A DNA stretch of 64,000 bases, from positions 33,728,001-33,792,000 of the forward strand of contig OX597814.1 in assembly GCA_951406725.2 (NCBI GenBank). Direction: 5' to 3'. The position numbers were made by a program, and so were the translations under genes. The DNA is from Octopus vulgaris (lineage: Eukaryota). The notes under the pieces were generated by a model. The model did no database searches. It saw only the letters and a program-made list of their open reading frames with translations, and was not told where the DNA came from. Shown in pieces: positions 1 to 13,600 of the stretch; position 1 is the first letter of the stretch, and every line of letters begins with the position of its first letter.

Positions 1-380
1 TGGATTTTTGTCAAATTTGAACATCTGGCTACTGTTGGCACAATTGTTGTTGATGTCAGCTGCTTTTTTGAGTTCATCTTGAATCAAAAAACATCCCAGC
101 TGTGACCACCTTGTCTTTTTATTACACATAGTATATACAATTAGATTACCTGAATTGTCCTACTTTTTTTTTTTTATATTGTATGGCACATTTTTGAGAG
201 AAAATTTGAGGTTAGCTACTATTTCTAACAAACAGAAAGACCACATCAAATTTCTCTCAAATGCCTACTGACTACAACCCATCCTGTCAACCAAGCATAG
301 AAGTGTCTGAACAGACAATAAAGTAGTTTGGAGAAAATAGTCAAACAACTTTCTAATCACTTAAAGCAATGAATATTCAA

Positions 381-1465
381 CTAGAAAAGCACTCGGAGAG
401 CAAAGACCTCCACCAAGCAGCTCATTTTCACCCATATACACGCATGCTGAAAGTTGCCCAATTTCCCAAACCAATGCTGGCAAAAACATAACCTCCTTAG
501 TGGGAGTAAAAAAAAAAATTATAACACAGCAAGAGTGGCTGTGTGGTAAGTAGCTTGCTAACCAACCACATGGTTCCGGGTTCAGTCCCACTGCGTGGCA
601 TCTTGGGCAAGTGTCTTCTGCTATAGCCCCGGGCCGACCAATGCCTTGTGAGTGGATTTGGTAGACGGAAACTGAAAGAAGCCTGTCGTATATATGTATA
701 TATATATATATGTGTGTGTGTGTTTGTGTGTCTGTGTTTGTCCCCCTAGCATTGCTTGACAACCGATGCTGGTGTGTTTACGTCCCCGTCACTTAGCGGT
801 TCGGCAAAAGAGACCGATAGAATAAGTACTGGGCTTACAAAGAATAAGTCCTGGGGTCGATTTGCTCGACTAAAGGCGGTGCTCCAGCATGGCCACAGTC
901 AAAATGACTGAAACAAGTAAAAGAGTAAAGAGTATGTTGCCTATGACCTCCTTAATATTAGGCCTAGATGTTTCTGGGTTATACTTTTACATTCAGTCAA
1001 CACTGCTTTGTTTTCTTTTTATAATCTTATCCATTTTTATGAATGGTAAAATGAATAATACAAATACAAAACACTCACATCCCATTGAAATTAGTTTTAG
1101 TTGACATGTTTTATAGCAATATCTTATATTATATTAAGACTTTATATTTAGAATTTTGGTTTGATACTTTGGTATAACTAGGTGTGAAAATATTAACAAT
1201 TGTGGAAACACTTAATCTAGACAGAGAAATAGATTTTCTAGATTTACTTTTGTTTTTGATCATTTTCAATGATTTAGACTCGTTATCCCATACTGACATG
1301 AGTGGGGAATGGATTTCATCATCTATTCCTTGTGTCGTTATCAACTTTTCCTGCAAGTTTCATCAAATACCGTTCACAACTTTTTGAGTTATTTTGCACA
1401 CAGACAGACAGACGGACAAATCAATGCCGATGAAAACCTAACCTAACCTTCCTTGGCGGAGGTAA
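381..1465 (-). mobile_element. Helentron-associated (HINE/DINE-1-like) non-autonomous element, composite, containing a SINE
   Basis: Minus strand begins TTACCTCCGCCAAGG and ends CTTGGTGGAGGTCTTTGCTCTCCGAGTGCTTTTCTAG (subterminal inverted repeat, small hairpin, CTAG). A second 5'-end-like motif lies at ~482-508. Flanked by a ~90-bp direct repeat. Confidence 0.6.
528..933 (+). mobile_element. tRNA-derived SINE, family 1 (GGAGTGGCTGTGTGGTAAG head, internal (TA)n(TG)n, GTAAAAGA tail)
   Basis: A-box/B-box-like head (TGGCTGTGTGG...GGTTCAGTCC). Near-identical copies at 9245-9664 and 33796-34205. Confidence 0.85.
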
Positions 1466-1756
1466 CCAAGCATAGAAGTGTCTGAACAGGTAATACAGTA
1501 GTTTAGAGAAAGTAGTCAAACAACTTAACTTTCTAATCACTTAAAGCAATGAATATTCAATAAACTTTAAAACAGTGAAATGAAGGCCATGGAAAAAAAG
1601 AAATAGCGACTAAGAGATTTAACCCAGTTTGACTACGTAAGTAAAAGTAAACCAGAGAAAAACAGGATTTGACAAAGCAACTGAGTAGTAAATATTACAA
1701 CCAACACTATCTCAGTAATCTTATACACATCAGTTTAATCTTTTTGTCTTTTTTTT

Positions 1757-2272
1757 ACTCTTTTTACTTGTTTCAGTCATATGTCTGTGGCCATGCTGGA
1801 GCACCGCCTTTAGTCAGGAAAATCGACCCCAGGACTTATTCTTTGTAAGCCTAGTAGTACTTATTCTATCGGTCTCTTTTGCCGAACCGCTAAGTTACGG
1901 TGACGTAAACACACCACCATCGGTTGTCAAGCGATGTTGGGGGGGGGGGGACAAACATGGACACATAAACACACACACAAACATATATATATACATATAT
2001 ACCCTGGTGCAGCCATCTGGTTCGCCAGCCCTCAGTCAAATCGTCCAACCCATGCTAGCATGGAAAGCAGACGTTAAATGATGATGATGATGATGATGAT
2101 GATGATATACGACGGGCTTCTTTCAGTTTCCATCTACGAAGTCCACTCACAAGGCTTTGGTTGGCCCTAGGCTATAGTAGAAGACACTTGCCCAAGGTGG
2201 CACGCAGTGGAACTGAACCCAGAACCATGTGGTTGGTAAGCAAGCTGCTTACCACACAGCCACTCCTGCGCC
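1757..2272 (-). mobile_element. SINE family 1 copy with an RTE 3'-tail fragment inserted (~2003-2105)
   Basis: Reverse complement of the 528-933 element. The insert ends in (GAT)n, like other RTE-tail copies. Confidence 0.75.
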
Positions 2273-2585
2273 TCTACTTTTCCATGTTTGCATACGTCAC
2301 ACAAAATTTGTCAAGGCAGATATTTTAACAGCTGGATGCTCTTGTATAGTCAGGACAAGTGGAGTCACTTGTTTTAATGCTTCTGTGAAAACACATCTAG
2401 CCTTGGGGAAATATTATCTTGCTAGGAAACAGGAAAGTGTTAATGAGAGGAATGGCACCCAAATGTAGAAAATCTGCCTTGGTAAATTCTGTCCGATCCC
2501 TGCAAGTATGGAAAAGTGGGCTACAACGAAAACATCATCATCACAATGATCATGATGATCATCATAGCAGCGATGACAACATGTA

Positions 2586-3480
2586 CTGTAAATCCTTGAG
2601 TATAGTCCGCCCTTAAGTATAATACACAGGGAATTTTTAGGGGGCTGTACCTCTGAAAAACCTAAACCTTGTGTATAATACGCACCCCTTCTCTAACTTG
2701 AGTCAAGGAGGTCCATATAACGTCCTTGGTTTGTAAAAATGTATACGGTAACATCCTTTATTATTATCTTTATATATAAAAGTGAGGGTTGTGTGCTGTC
2801 TGTCTCCTACGATTTAGATTCCTAACTACTCCCACATTTTGCGGTGCAGTTTAACCAAAACCAGGTATCTTATAGTCGTGATTCATATTGAGCCCTTCTG
2901 GGTATTAGCGCATCTACGATGAGTCTACGATTTAAAAAAAATTTACCATCATTTTTTTCCATTTTTAATGCATTTTTTTGCTGTTATATAAGGGAAGTAA
3001 CTCTCTAAAAATGTATTATTAAATCTCAGAACGTAAAAAAACAGTAACACCCCCATTTGTGGTTAGCCATATTGAGATGGCTATTATACTACATAACTCT
3101 CTAAAAATGCTTATATAGTTATTTCCCTTACAAACCCGAGCAACGCCAGGCGATACTGCTAGTTGTATATATAACAATATTGCAAACGTGTAGCATTTCT
3201 GTGCATTTTGTTTGCAGAAAATAAAGAAATAACAGTAACAACTATTAATAAATGTTGCTTACTGCAAGTTATGGATGATTCTTTTATGACTTTATTGCTT
3301 CCAGGCTTATCTTAGGGTATTTTCGTGCCCGACATCAGAAAATGCGTCTGAATAAACATTGCCAGACAGCAAACAGAGAATTGAACATTGCTTAGAAAAT
3401 AATTTTCATTTTTAACACAGTAAAGATTTTGATCTTCAAATTTTGGGAAAAAAATGCGGATTATACTCGAGGATTTATGG
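2586..3480. mobile_element. Tc1/mariner-superfamily (pogo/Tigger-like) MITE containing a Helitron insertion
   Basis: TA-flanked imperfect TIRs CTGTAAATCCTTGAGTATAGTCCGC / GCGGATTATACTCGAGGATTTATGG. Confidence 0.65.
2767..3162 (+). mobile_element. Non-autonomous Helitron
   Basis: 5' A|TC start, 3' hairpin CCCGAGCAACGCCAGG then CTAG|T, no TSD. Four copies in the window. Confidence 0.8.
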
Positions 3481-3851
3481 TAAGTATGTATAACTATGTT
3501 TCTATATGTGGGAGTGTTAAGTGCCTCCTTGTCGTGATATCTTACACTAAGTGTAAACAAATGTCACAAAACATACAAGCAGTGAAAGAAAACATGTCTG
3601 GCTTCCGTGCTGTTTGTGATTGAAGGACAAGGGAATTTATTAGTTCACTTGGAAATAGGTGAGTGTCGGCACAGGAACAAAACATGGCCATAGATAATTT
3701 GTTCCAATAAGTTTCACCTGACCCATGCAAGCATGGAACAGTAAATACTAAACCTATGATGAAGTTGGAGTGGATGAATGGTTATCTATAAATGAATGTA
3801 TAGACACACACACAGAGACACACGAACGCACACACACACACACACACAGAC

Positions 3852-3928
<77 letters not shown>

Positions 3929-4754
3929 CAGACACACACAGACACACACACACACACATGGATGTACTCAGCATAACTCATAGCTGGAAGTTAAAACATA
4001 CGTATCAGTAATATACTAGGAATGAATCAATGACAAGATAATTCCTCTCTAAAATAAAAATAAAAAATTCTTGTATCAATTCAATTTGAAGAATCAAATA
4101 AAGTGGCTTAAGAATTAACCAAATTCTTCCTCTGAAGTAGGTGTTAAGTTCAGAAGCTTATTTCCATTTCTGATTAAAGTATTCACTTACATATACACCA
4201 TAAATGATGTTCAAAGGCATGAATGTCCAATAATCTCATTTAATCAATATCTTTCTTTAGAACTTGATGGTTTTATGCTCAAATAAAAATCAAATAAATA
4301 AAACATCAGCATTTTATTTCTCTTGAATGGAGTCAGAGAATTAGCAAGATATGGGCCCTGGAGTGATACAACCCCAATTGAAGACAGTTTCACAGCAAAT
4401 TTTCAGCTGCAGTACCAAAATACTTCCAGATAATAATTAGATTTCAAACTGACCTCAATTTGTCAGTGCTCCAAATTTGAGAGAGATTAGAAGTTACTCT
4501 ATTCAGATATTCCGAATTCAAAACCTTTTGACATGTTATCACTTCCACTTATTTCTTCCCGTTTTGGCCTAGATTTTCTATGTTAAATATTTTTTTTATA
4601 AATTTGTTTATCTAAAGGGCACAAAAGACTTTTGTTTTCAAACACACATACACACACAAATGTTTCTATATTAACACAAGTTCCTAGAACTCATAGCATC
4701 TCACCACTCATCACCAGTCTCTCATCACCAGGCATATACTGTTGCATGTGTCAT

Positions 4755-5279
4755 TTTACATACATATATACATACACATAAATATACATTCACATACATA
4801 TATATAAACACATATATACACATGCATATATATATATGCACATACATACATACATACATATATGCACATACATACATACATACATACATATATGCACATA
4901 TATACACATACATATATACACATACACACATATATACATGCACATTATATATATACACATACATACCTACATACATATACATACAAATACATACATATAT
5001 ATGTATATGTACATATATATATACAACCATATATATATATATATATATACATACATATATATACAACCATCATCATCATCATCATCATCATTTAGCGTCC
5101 GCTTTCCATGCTAGCATGGGTTGGACGGTTCAACTGGGGTCTGTGAAGCCAGAAGGCTGCATCAGGCCCAGTCTGACCTGGCAGTGTTTCTACGGCTGGA
5201 TGCCCTTCCTAACGTCAACCACTACGTGAGTGTAGTGGGTACAACCATATATATATATACAACCATATATATATATATA

Positions 5280-5311
<32 letters not shown>

Positions 5312-5440
5312 CATACATACATACATATACATATACATACATACATATACATACATTTACATACATACATCTACATACATACATATACATACATATTATA
5401 TATATATATACACACACACACATACACATGCATACATACA
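4755..5440. repeat. Compound (TA)/(CATA)/(CA) microsatellite interrupted by an RTE 3'-tail fragment (5068-5240)
   Basis: Direct reading. The insert is flanked by a repeated TACAACCAT motif. Confidence 0.85.
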
Positions 5441-6413
5441 AGGCTTTGTTCGGCCCGAGGCTATAGTAGAAGACACTTGGCCAAGGTGCCACACAGTGGG
5501 ACTGAACACAGAACCGTGTGGTTGGTAAGCAAGCTACTTACCACACAATATGATATACTAACATACTTAACACCTTTATGTCACTGAAAAGCATGGGGCT
5601 GCGGTGGAAAAAAGTGAAAAATGAAGAAATTGGAGGGGAGGGGCAAAAAAGTTTTTCGAAAATAGAAGCTGAAAAACAGGAAAAAAAGACCTAAAAGCAG
5701 CAGAAATGCATGAATGATTGTGGTGGTGACATGAAGTAAACGCGCTTCAGATACACTCGTTTATTCATACGAACGTAACTGAGATGAAATATGTCATAAA
5801 TAACAGTGACAAATGAAATATACACTGCCAGAAGTTGTTGTTGACAAACAACGGCAGTAATTTTATTCAGCTGAATACACATCGTTGATTGGTTGAAATT
5901 ACCGAAATACGACAACTTTAACACGAAATAACTTTGAAAATATAAACTTTCCTCAACAACATTAAGAGTAAAAGATTTTTTATATGACACATTCTACCAG
6001 CGTCCGAAGTTTGTAAGTGTTTAGTTACCAGACCTCTTAACTCTGAAAGAATTAAAGTCAATGCTGATTTGAATTCCCTCATAGACTAATGTGCTATCGT
6101 TGAATTCTGGTTAAAGTACAGGTTGTTGGCAGCACCATAAAGTCACAAGTTGTTTATAGAGGTGACCCATTTGGTAAGAGCAATGTACACAGATGGATGA
6201 AGAATTTTAAAGAGGAAACCAAGTCTGAAGACACAATAATATGGAAATACATTAACTGCATTCAATGATGCAAATTCCTAGCTAGAGGACAAATTCTAAA
6301 AGGCACTGAGTGGGGAGACATGTTGGATGCTTATTAGAAGGAAAATAAGACAGTTGGTCCAACAGAAGATAAATAACAAAGGGAAAATAAAACAAAAAAA
6401 TATTTTTATTTAC

Positions 6414-6583
6414 CTGTGCTGACTGGGAAGTCAGGCAATTCTGAATAAGGGAAGCAGACTTTGTCAGTTACCATGTCAGCCAGGCCTCCAAGACCAGATC
6501 CACAGATGACTCCAAGCTTTGGCATAGCTTTTAGCTTGGGTTTTATGACATTGGCAATACATTCTACTTTCTCGTAGGGAATA
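6414..6583 (-). CDS. PNP: Purine nucleoside phosphorylase, internal coding exon (equivalent to vertebrate exon 2)
   Basis: Translates IPYEKVECIANVIKPKLKAMPKLGVICGSGLGGLADMVTDKVCFPYSELPDFPVST, with the trimeric-PNP motifs GxICGSGLG and PYxxxPxFPxST. Bounded by ttttccttttAG acceptor and AG|GTAAAT donor. 170 nt, phase 2 to phase 1, as I recall for human PNP exon 2. Downstream exons were not found in 1-6400, so they probably lie outside the window. Confidence 0.93.
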
Positions 6584-7059
6584 CTAAAAGGAAAAAAAGA
6601 AAATTTGTAAATTAATTTTTGGTTGTTTTTGAGTGATTTTTTAAAAATATTTTGAATAAAATGTTTAATTGCTCCCTTCTTATAGCACTGTGTGGGTGTG
6701 TGCATGCACCACACATACACTTAAATACATGTGTAAAGGCAAATGGCTTAGTGGTTATAGTGTTACACTCACAATCACGAGATCGTGGTTTCGATTCCCA
6801 GACCAGGCATTGCATTGTGTTTATGAGTAAAACACTTCCTTTCATGTTACTCTTCAATCATTTTATCATCTGACATGTGGCATGTCATACACCTGCACAG
6901 GTAATGCCAATTTGATGGAAGAAGTGAACTTACATGAACACTGACATTTAATCACAATAAACAAATCATTTATGCATGGTTGTTCAGCAAGAAATTGTCG
7001 AACCTTCACAAGTCAACTAACAACAAGAGAATCTATGATTATATATATATACACACACA

Positions 7060-7635
7060 CACAGACATGCAGGAAGTAAATAGACACCTTTAATTTTCAA
7101 AATTTATGATCTACACGTCTTAATGTTTTCAGAGGTGTAGAATTTACAATGTTATTATTCTTTTTCATTCCAGGTGCCATTATATTAAACATTTGCGAAG
7201 AGTAACCATGTCACGCACAAATAGTTCAGCACAGCTATCAGATTTTCAAAGAGGTCATATTGTTGGGTTATCTGAAGTTGGTCTTAGCCAGTGAAAAATT
7301 GCTGAAAATCTCCAAATTCCTCTTGCTACTGTTAATAGAATTATAGTGCAATTCAAAAGTCAAGGAAAAGAATCAACAGATTCTCATCCTGGTCAACCTG
7401 AGCCCTTGGAAAGGAAACTTTGCTGTTAGAAGAGAATTGTGGAAAATGAATCCCATTCAAAGGCTTCTGACATTGCAAAACAGCTAAAAGTTAGTCCAAG
7501 AACGTGGGTTACATATCTGCATAAGCTTGAGTATTATGGACGAGGAGCAAGAAGAAAACCTTTCCTTCAACCAATTAATATCAAATAAAATATTTTGAAA
7601 ATTAAAGGTGTCTGTTTACTTCCTGCATGTCTGAG
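7060..7635 (+). mobile_element. Internally deleted Tc1-like transposon (transposase N-terminal HTH remnant 7208-7588, with stops)
   Basis: ~45-bp TIRs CAGACATGCAGGAAGTAAATAGACACCTTTAATTTTCAAAAT. Translation [37 protein letters not shown]...GRGARRKPFL is Tc1-like. The DDE domain is absent. Confidence 0.85.
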
Positions 7636-7645
7636 TATATATATA

Positions 7646-8039
7646 TCTTTATATATAAAAGTCAAATTGTGTGTCTGTCTCCTACAATTTAGATTCCTAA
7701 CTACTCCCACATTTTGCGGTGCAGTTTAACCAAAACCGGGTATCTTATAGTTGTGATTCATATCGAGCCCTTCTGGGTATTAGCGCGCGTCTACGATGAG
7801 TCTGCAATTTTAAAAAAATTTACCATTTTACCATTTTAATGCATTTTTTCGCTATTATAAAAAGGGAAGTAACTCTCTAAAAATGTCTACGATGAGTCAA
7901 CAATTTTTTAAAAAATTTACCATCGTTTTTTTTTCCATTTTTAATGCATTTTTTTGCTATTTTTTGGCTATAACTATCTAAAATTGCTTATATAGTTATT
8001 TCCCTTACAAATCTGAGCAACGCCAGGCGATACTGCTAG
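7646..8039 (+). mobile_element. Non-autonomous Helitron (same family as 2767-3162)
   Basis: TC start, 3' hairpin plus CTAG|T, internal partial duplication. Confidence 0.8.
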
Positions 8040-8283
8040 TATATATATATATTTCGTTTTGGGATTTGGTTTACAAGATTCTTTATATGAGTTCATGTGT
8101 TGAAGCATATTCTGTTGTATCTGGGGTGAGTCATTTTCTTTTTGTGCCTTATAATTTAACACACTCACTGGTAAAATTTCCACTTATTTCTTATTATTTT
8201 TTATTATTTTATATTTTTATTTTTTCGGTGAGTGTGTTAAATTATAAGACACAAAAAGAAAATGACTCTCCTCAGACATAACA

Positions 8284-8322
<39 letters not shown>

Positions 8323-8325
<3 letters not shown>

Positions 8326-8670
8326 GCCGATCTCTAATTGTGGAAGGAACCTGTGGAAGAAATAATCCTGGGAAGACATGGGACGAGATGGTAAAGCATG
8401 ATCTTCAAATACTGGGTATCATGGAGGCAATGACAAGTAATCAAGACCTTTGGCAATTTGAGAAGATTTGTCAAGTGAAATCATAGTTGTGACTGGTGTT
8501 GGTGGCACCCAAAAGCACCTGTGCCAATGACACATAAAAGCACCCATGATGGTGACATGTAAAAGACCACTATACTCTAGGAGTGACTGGCATTAGGAAG
8601 GGCATCCAGTCATAGAAACCAAGCCAAAATCAGACTGGAACCTGGTACAGCTCTTCGGCTTACCAGGTTT
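8323..8670 (+). mobile_element. RTE-clade LINE 3' fragment
   Basis: VEGTCGRNNPGKTWDEMVKHDL...DLWQ resembles the RTE ORF C-terminus (GRPRKTW...DL...W). Followed by the 3'UTR shared with 12150-12655. Confidence 0.7.
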
Positions 8671-9244
8671 TTAGAGTGCTCACAACCTTTGAACTGCATT
8701 TTCTTCTTGGGGAAGAGATGGAGGCCCTATGTTACGATTTATCATTCCCATCTTCTAGACTACATTTATGGGAAGGTTTTGCCTGAGTAAACAAACACCT
8801 GTATCAATATTTCCCCTAAAGTCCATGGATTTTGCAAATCATATTTGTAATATTCTATGGATGGAAGATACAACAACTAAAGCATGTGGCTTGTAGAAAC
8901 ATACATAGCAATGCATTAAAAGATTTATAAATTTCCATCCAAAAGTTCTTGTTTATACATACAACACACATACCTGTAATTATTGGGGCACTGGGATATG
9001 TAACACACTCTCTAAGTACCAGTCCTGAGAAATTGGGTTTCTCAAAACCAGTAAGGAGACAGCTGATTTGAAGACTACAGATCCAGGCTATCACTGGAAC
9101 TGTATAAATCTGTAAAACTTTCCAGAAGTTTATCCTTTAAGTATATATGAGCATGTCTAAATATGCAAGTATATGCATGAGAAGACATACATAAAACAAA
9201 ACATACAAATCTGCATGCATGCATGCATGCATACATACATACAT

Positions 9245-9416
9245 AGGCGCAGGAGTGGCTGTGTGGTAAGTAGCTTGCTAACCAACCACATGGTTGCGGG
9301 TTCAGTCCTACTGCATGGCATCTTGGGCAAGTGTCTTCTGCTATAGCCCCGGGCCGACCAATGCCTTGTGAGTAGATTTGGTAGACGGAAACTGAAAGAA
9401 GCCTGTCGTATATATG

Positions 9417-9464
<48 letters not shown>

Positions 9465-9664
9465 TGTGTCTGTGTTTGTCCCCCTAGCATTGCTTGACAA
9501 CCGATGCTGGTGTGTTTACATCCCCGTCACTTAGTGGTTCGGCAAAAGAGACCAATAGAATAAGTACTGGGCTTACAAAGAATAAGTCCCGGGGTTGATT
9601 TGATCGACTAAAGGCGGTGCTCTAGCATGGCCGCAGTCAAATGACTGAAACAAGTAAAAGAGTA
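9245..9664 (+). mobile_element. SINE family 1, full-length
   Basis: Near-identical to 528-933. Confidence 0.85.
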
Positions 9665-11047
9665 TACCCACCCTGTTGATATTGTTGAAATTCCAGTGAA
9701 GGAGTCTTGAATCTAGGTTAGAAACTGGCTCTTTCTCTATTGGCTAGAAACCTTGAAATAAAACTGAATAGTGACAAGCAGACATAACCTTATGTGAGCA
9801 GTTAGATGTACAACTGCCAAGTTAAGAGCTCCATCGTCTACCTGCTCCCAGTATATGCTTAGATTACTAAAGTATTTACCTGATGATGTGTGGTGGTTAA
9901 GCATCCACAACAGTGAAATATATGTAAGGAAATAATAATATAAACTGATGTATAAAGACCAACACACACACACAGAGGCATGGCTATGTGGTCGAGAAGC
10001 TTGCCTTCCAATCATGTGGGTCTTCAGTTCAGTCCTACTGCATACCACCTTGGGCAAGTGTCTTCTACCCTACCCTCAGGCCAACCAAAGCCTTGGTAGA
10101 TGGAAATTGAATGAAACCCATCATATATACTATTTATACATATGTTTGCATTTGTGTGAACATGTGATGATTGCAAATGAGCATCACCCTCATACAAGGG
10201 ATGCCGTATACTTCCTGTTTTCTGTGAGTAAATTTTACTCACTTGTTTAAGAAGGTGAGGAATGGTATCTAGCCAGAAAAAAAATCTACCTTGACAAATT
10301 CTGCCTGACCCATACAAGCATGCAAAAGTGACTATTAGAAACAGAGGTGATACATACACACCCACAAGAATGTGGATCTATTGAAAGAGAACTTGACTTA
10401 TTCAAATGCAGCATATTACAATAAATACACTCTCAGAGTGGTTGGCGTTAGGAAGGGCATCAAGCTGTAGAAACTCTGCCAGATCAGATTGGAGCCTAGT
10501 GCAGCCATCTGGTTCGCCAGTCCTCAGTCAAATCGTCCAACCCATACTAGCATGGAAAGTGGTTGTTAAACGATGATGATGATACAAACTAATGACCTTT
10601 GACATCTATTTTGATTCCATAAAACACCTGATCTTTAAACTCATCCAAGGCTATCCGTGACTGGCATTACTACAAGTCAATATGATTAGCTGCTCCTTCA
10701 GTTTATCAACAAATCTGGTTTGGGTTACATACACACTTGATTACAAATGATCTTAAAGAAAAAAAGTAAGTGTTATCTGGTTTAGGAACAAAGGTCACCA
10801 TTTAACTAGACCTTATCTCCTATCACCTTTCTAGAAGGGCTTCGGCAATATAATTCCTACACCTTGTTTGAAACCACATTTGAAGTTGATCTGATGAGAG
10901 AAAGTCAATCTAATTTGGGAATGAGAAATCATTTTAACACAGAATTATGTTCCTTTGGTTATGTTGTGAAAAGAATTAACCTATTAATCTTTCACCAGAA
11001 AACCCTATTCCAACCATAATTCTTGAATCAAAACTACACACATATAT

Positions 11048-11278
11048 ATTTCTTTATTACCCACAAGGAGCTAAACATAGAGGGGACAAACAAGGACATA
11101 CAAAGGGATCAAGTCGATTACATTGACCCCAGTGCGTAACTGGTACTTAATTTATCGACCCCGAAAGGATGAAAGGCAAAGTCGACCTCGGTGGAATCTG
11201 AACTCACAACGTAATGGCAGACGAAATACTGCTAAGCATTTCGCCCGACATGCTTACATTTCTGCCAGCTTGCCGCCT
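11048..11278 (-). mobile_element. tRNA-derived SINE family 3 (CORE-type central domain)
   Basis: Reverse complement of GGCGGCGAGCTGGCAGAA...GAGTTCAAATTCC...GCCTTTCATCCTTTCGGGGTCGATAAATTAAGTACCAG. Many copies in the window. Confidence 0.75.
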
Positions 11279-11799
11279 TATACTACACACATATATATGA
11301 GGGTACTACAATAGATTCTTATAGAAGCCTCCATCTTTGTAACACCTTTCACCTGCTTCCCCCCTTACACACACACACACACGCACACACACACACATAC
11401 ACATACATACATGCACACCAGCATCGTTTTCATATAAATGTAGGCTAATTGCTTCTCTGGTAACTCATTGTGCACTCCAGTTGTCTGGTGTGTATAAGAA
11501 TATGATATTTTGGTAACTTTCTCCTTGCTACCAATATACTTGTATACATGCATCTGCAGGAGAGCTATATACACTTAAGATTATGCCAGTGTATATACAT
11601 GTGTGGGATGTGATATAGGTGGGCTATGTAAGTAAATATTTAAACCTTGCAATTTAGCCATCATAGTCTCTCTTCTGGTCGACCTGAAACCCTAACCGCT
11701 TACTTTCTTCCTATCTCTCCTTTTTGGCGTTTCCTCTAGATCAGGGATCGGAAACTATTTTAATCAATCACCCCAAAATATGGTAGGAAAAATGGTAGA

Positions 11800-12035
11800 A
11801 GGTGGCGAGCTGGCAGAAACGTTAGCACACCAGGCAAAATGCTTAACAGTATTTCGTCTGTCGTTACGTTCTGAGTTCAAATTTCGCCGAGGTCGACTTT
11901 GCCTTTCATCCTTTTGGGCTTGATAAATTAAGTACCAGTTATGCACTGGGGTCGATGTAATCGACTTAATCCTTTTGTCTGTCCTTGTTTGTCCCCTTTA
12001 TGTTTAGCCCCTTGTGGGCAATAAAGAAATAAGAA
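11800..12035 (+). mobile_element. SINE family 3 copy
   Basis: Same sequence as 11048-11278 in the opposite orientation. Confidence 0.75.
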
Positions 12036-12149
12036 AAAATGGTAGAAGCAGAGAATTGCATCAGGTAGCCAGAAGGGAATCTGGGTGACAAGTTTACATA
12101 GTGAAAGAAAAGGCAGAATGTATGAGACATGCCAATGTTTCACAGCATG

Positions 12150-12655
12150 AGGATCAGAAGCATGAGGAAATGACTAGAGACCGAGACCTTTGGAAGTGTG
12201 CTGTGCGTGAGAAGACCCGGCAGGACAAGTGAGACCATAACCCGTGGCCTCTACTTGGGATGTAGCCAGTCCACTTATGCATACCTTTCCTTCTTGGAAC
12301 ACAAAATTCTACTTGTGAAGACCTGTTGAGGCAAGTGAAAATCAAAATCAAAATCAAAATCGATCAACATCAATGGAAATTGTAGCTGTGATACCAGTGC
12401 CGGTGGCACATAAGAGAACCATCCGAACATGGCCGTTGCCATCGCCGCCCCGACTGGCCTCTGTGCCGGTGGCATGTAAAAAGCACCCACTACACTCACA
12501 GAGTGTTTGGCATTAGGAAGGGCATCCGGCCGTAGAAACATTGCCAGATCAGACTGGGCCTGGTGCAGCCTTCTGGCTTCCCAGACCTCAGTTGAACCGT
12601 CCAACCCATGCTAGCATGGAAAGCGGACGCTAAACGATGATGATGATGATGATGA
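12150..12655 (+). mobile_element. 5'-truncated RTE-clade LINE (ORF end, 3'UTR and (GAT)n tail)
   Basis: EEMTRDRDLWKCAVREKTRQDK* followed by the 3'UTR dispersed across the window and a (GAT)n tail. Confidence 0.75.
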
Positions 12656-13149
12656 TATATGTGTGTGTGTATACGTTTGTGTGTCTGTGTTTGTCCCCCC
12701 AACATCGTTTGACAACCGATGCTGGTGTGTTTACGTACCCTGTAACTTAGCAGTTCGGCAAAAGTGACCGATAGAATAAGTACTAGGCTTACAAAGAATA
12801 AGTCTTGGGGTCGATTTGCTCGACTAAAGGCAGTACTCTAGCATGGCCACAGCCAAATGACTGAAACAAGTGAAAGAGTAAGTAAGTAAAGAGTAAAGTG
12901 GTTAGCATTAGGAAGGTAGAAAACATGCCAAAGACACTGGAGCATGAACAGTTTTCAGACCCATCAGATGCTCTGAAACTGTCCAACTCATGCCAGGAGA
13001 TGGACATTGAAAGACAATGATGATTATATACGTCTGTTGGTTAGAAGGTTTACAAGACATTTGTCAACTGGCTTTTAACCAGATTACAAACAAAAATCTC
13101 TGAGTAGTGACAGGTTGAACCATCAAACTTTAGAGAGGGAGAGAGAGAG

Positions 13150-13600
13150 AATTTCTTTATTCACCATAAGGTTGAGAAAAAGAGGGGACGCTACAAGGAC
13201 AGACTAAACAAACATTGGGGTCAGGGTATTGAATGAGACGAAACGTATGAATAAAACAAACAATTAAAATATATATAATTAAATGAGAATGAGTGATTTA
13301 CAAAAAATGAAGCGGAGGATGCGGTCGACCCCACAAACCACATACTCACACAGAGGACTTTGCTTTCTCGATTTTTATATTTTCGTTTAAACAGGTTCTT
13401 TCACTCGCAACATACTTAATATATACTTCCATCTTTTACAAAACACACTTTGCAACAGGCATTTCTTCTCCAGCCTTATTTTCCGTTTCATGTGGAAAAC
13501 GAAAAAGTCGATTAGCTCGAGACTGGAGATGAACATGCCTGTTGCAATTCCTTTCACTCTCGTCTTCCATACTACCTCTTTTGTCACAGCAACTACAGAG
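13150..13600 (-). mobile_element. L1/Tx1-like LINE 3' fragment
   Basis: VAVTKEVVWKTRVKG...FFVFHMKRKIRLEKKCL...FCKRW resembles the C-terminal region of Tx1/L1 ORF2. Ends with AATAAAGAAA on the minus strand. Confidence 0.5.

Noticed and set aside
4725-5528. H/T/Y/I- and C/V-rich ORFs (also at 3.8, 21.9, 27.5, 35.3 and 38.2 kb)
   Set aside because: Translations of (CA)n, (TA)n and (CATA)n microsatellites.
6584-6720. N-terminal part of the 104-aa ORF 6406-6720 as PNP sequence
   Set aside because: It lies upstream of the splice acceptor at 6584-85 and is intronic read-through. Only 6414-6583 resembles PNP.
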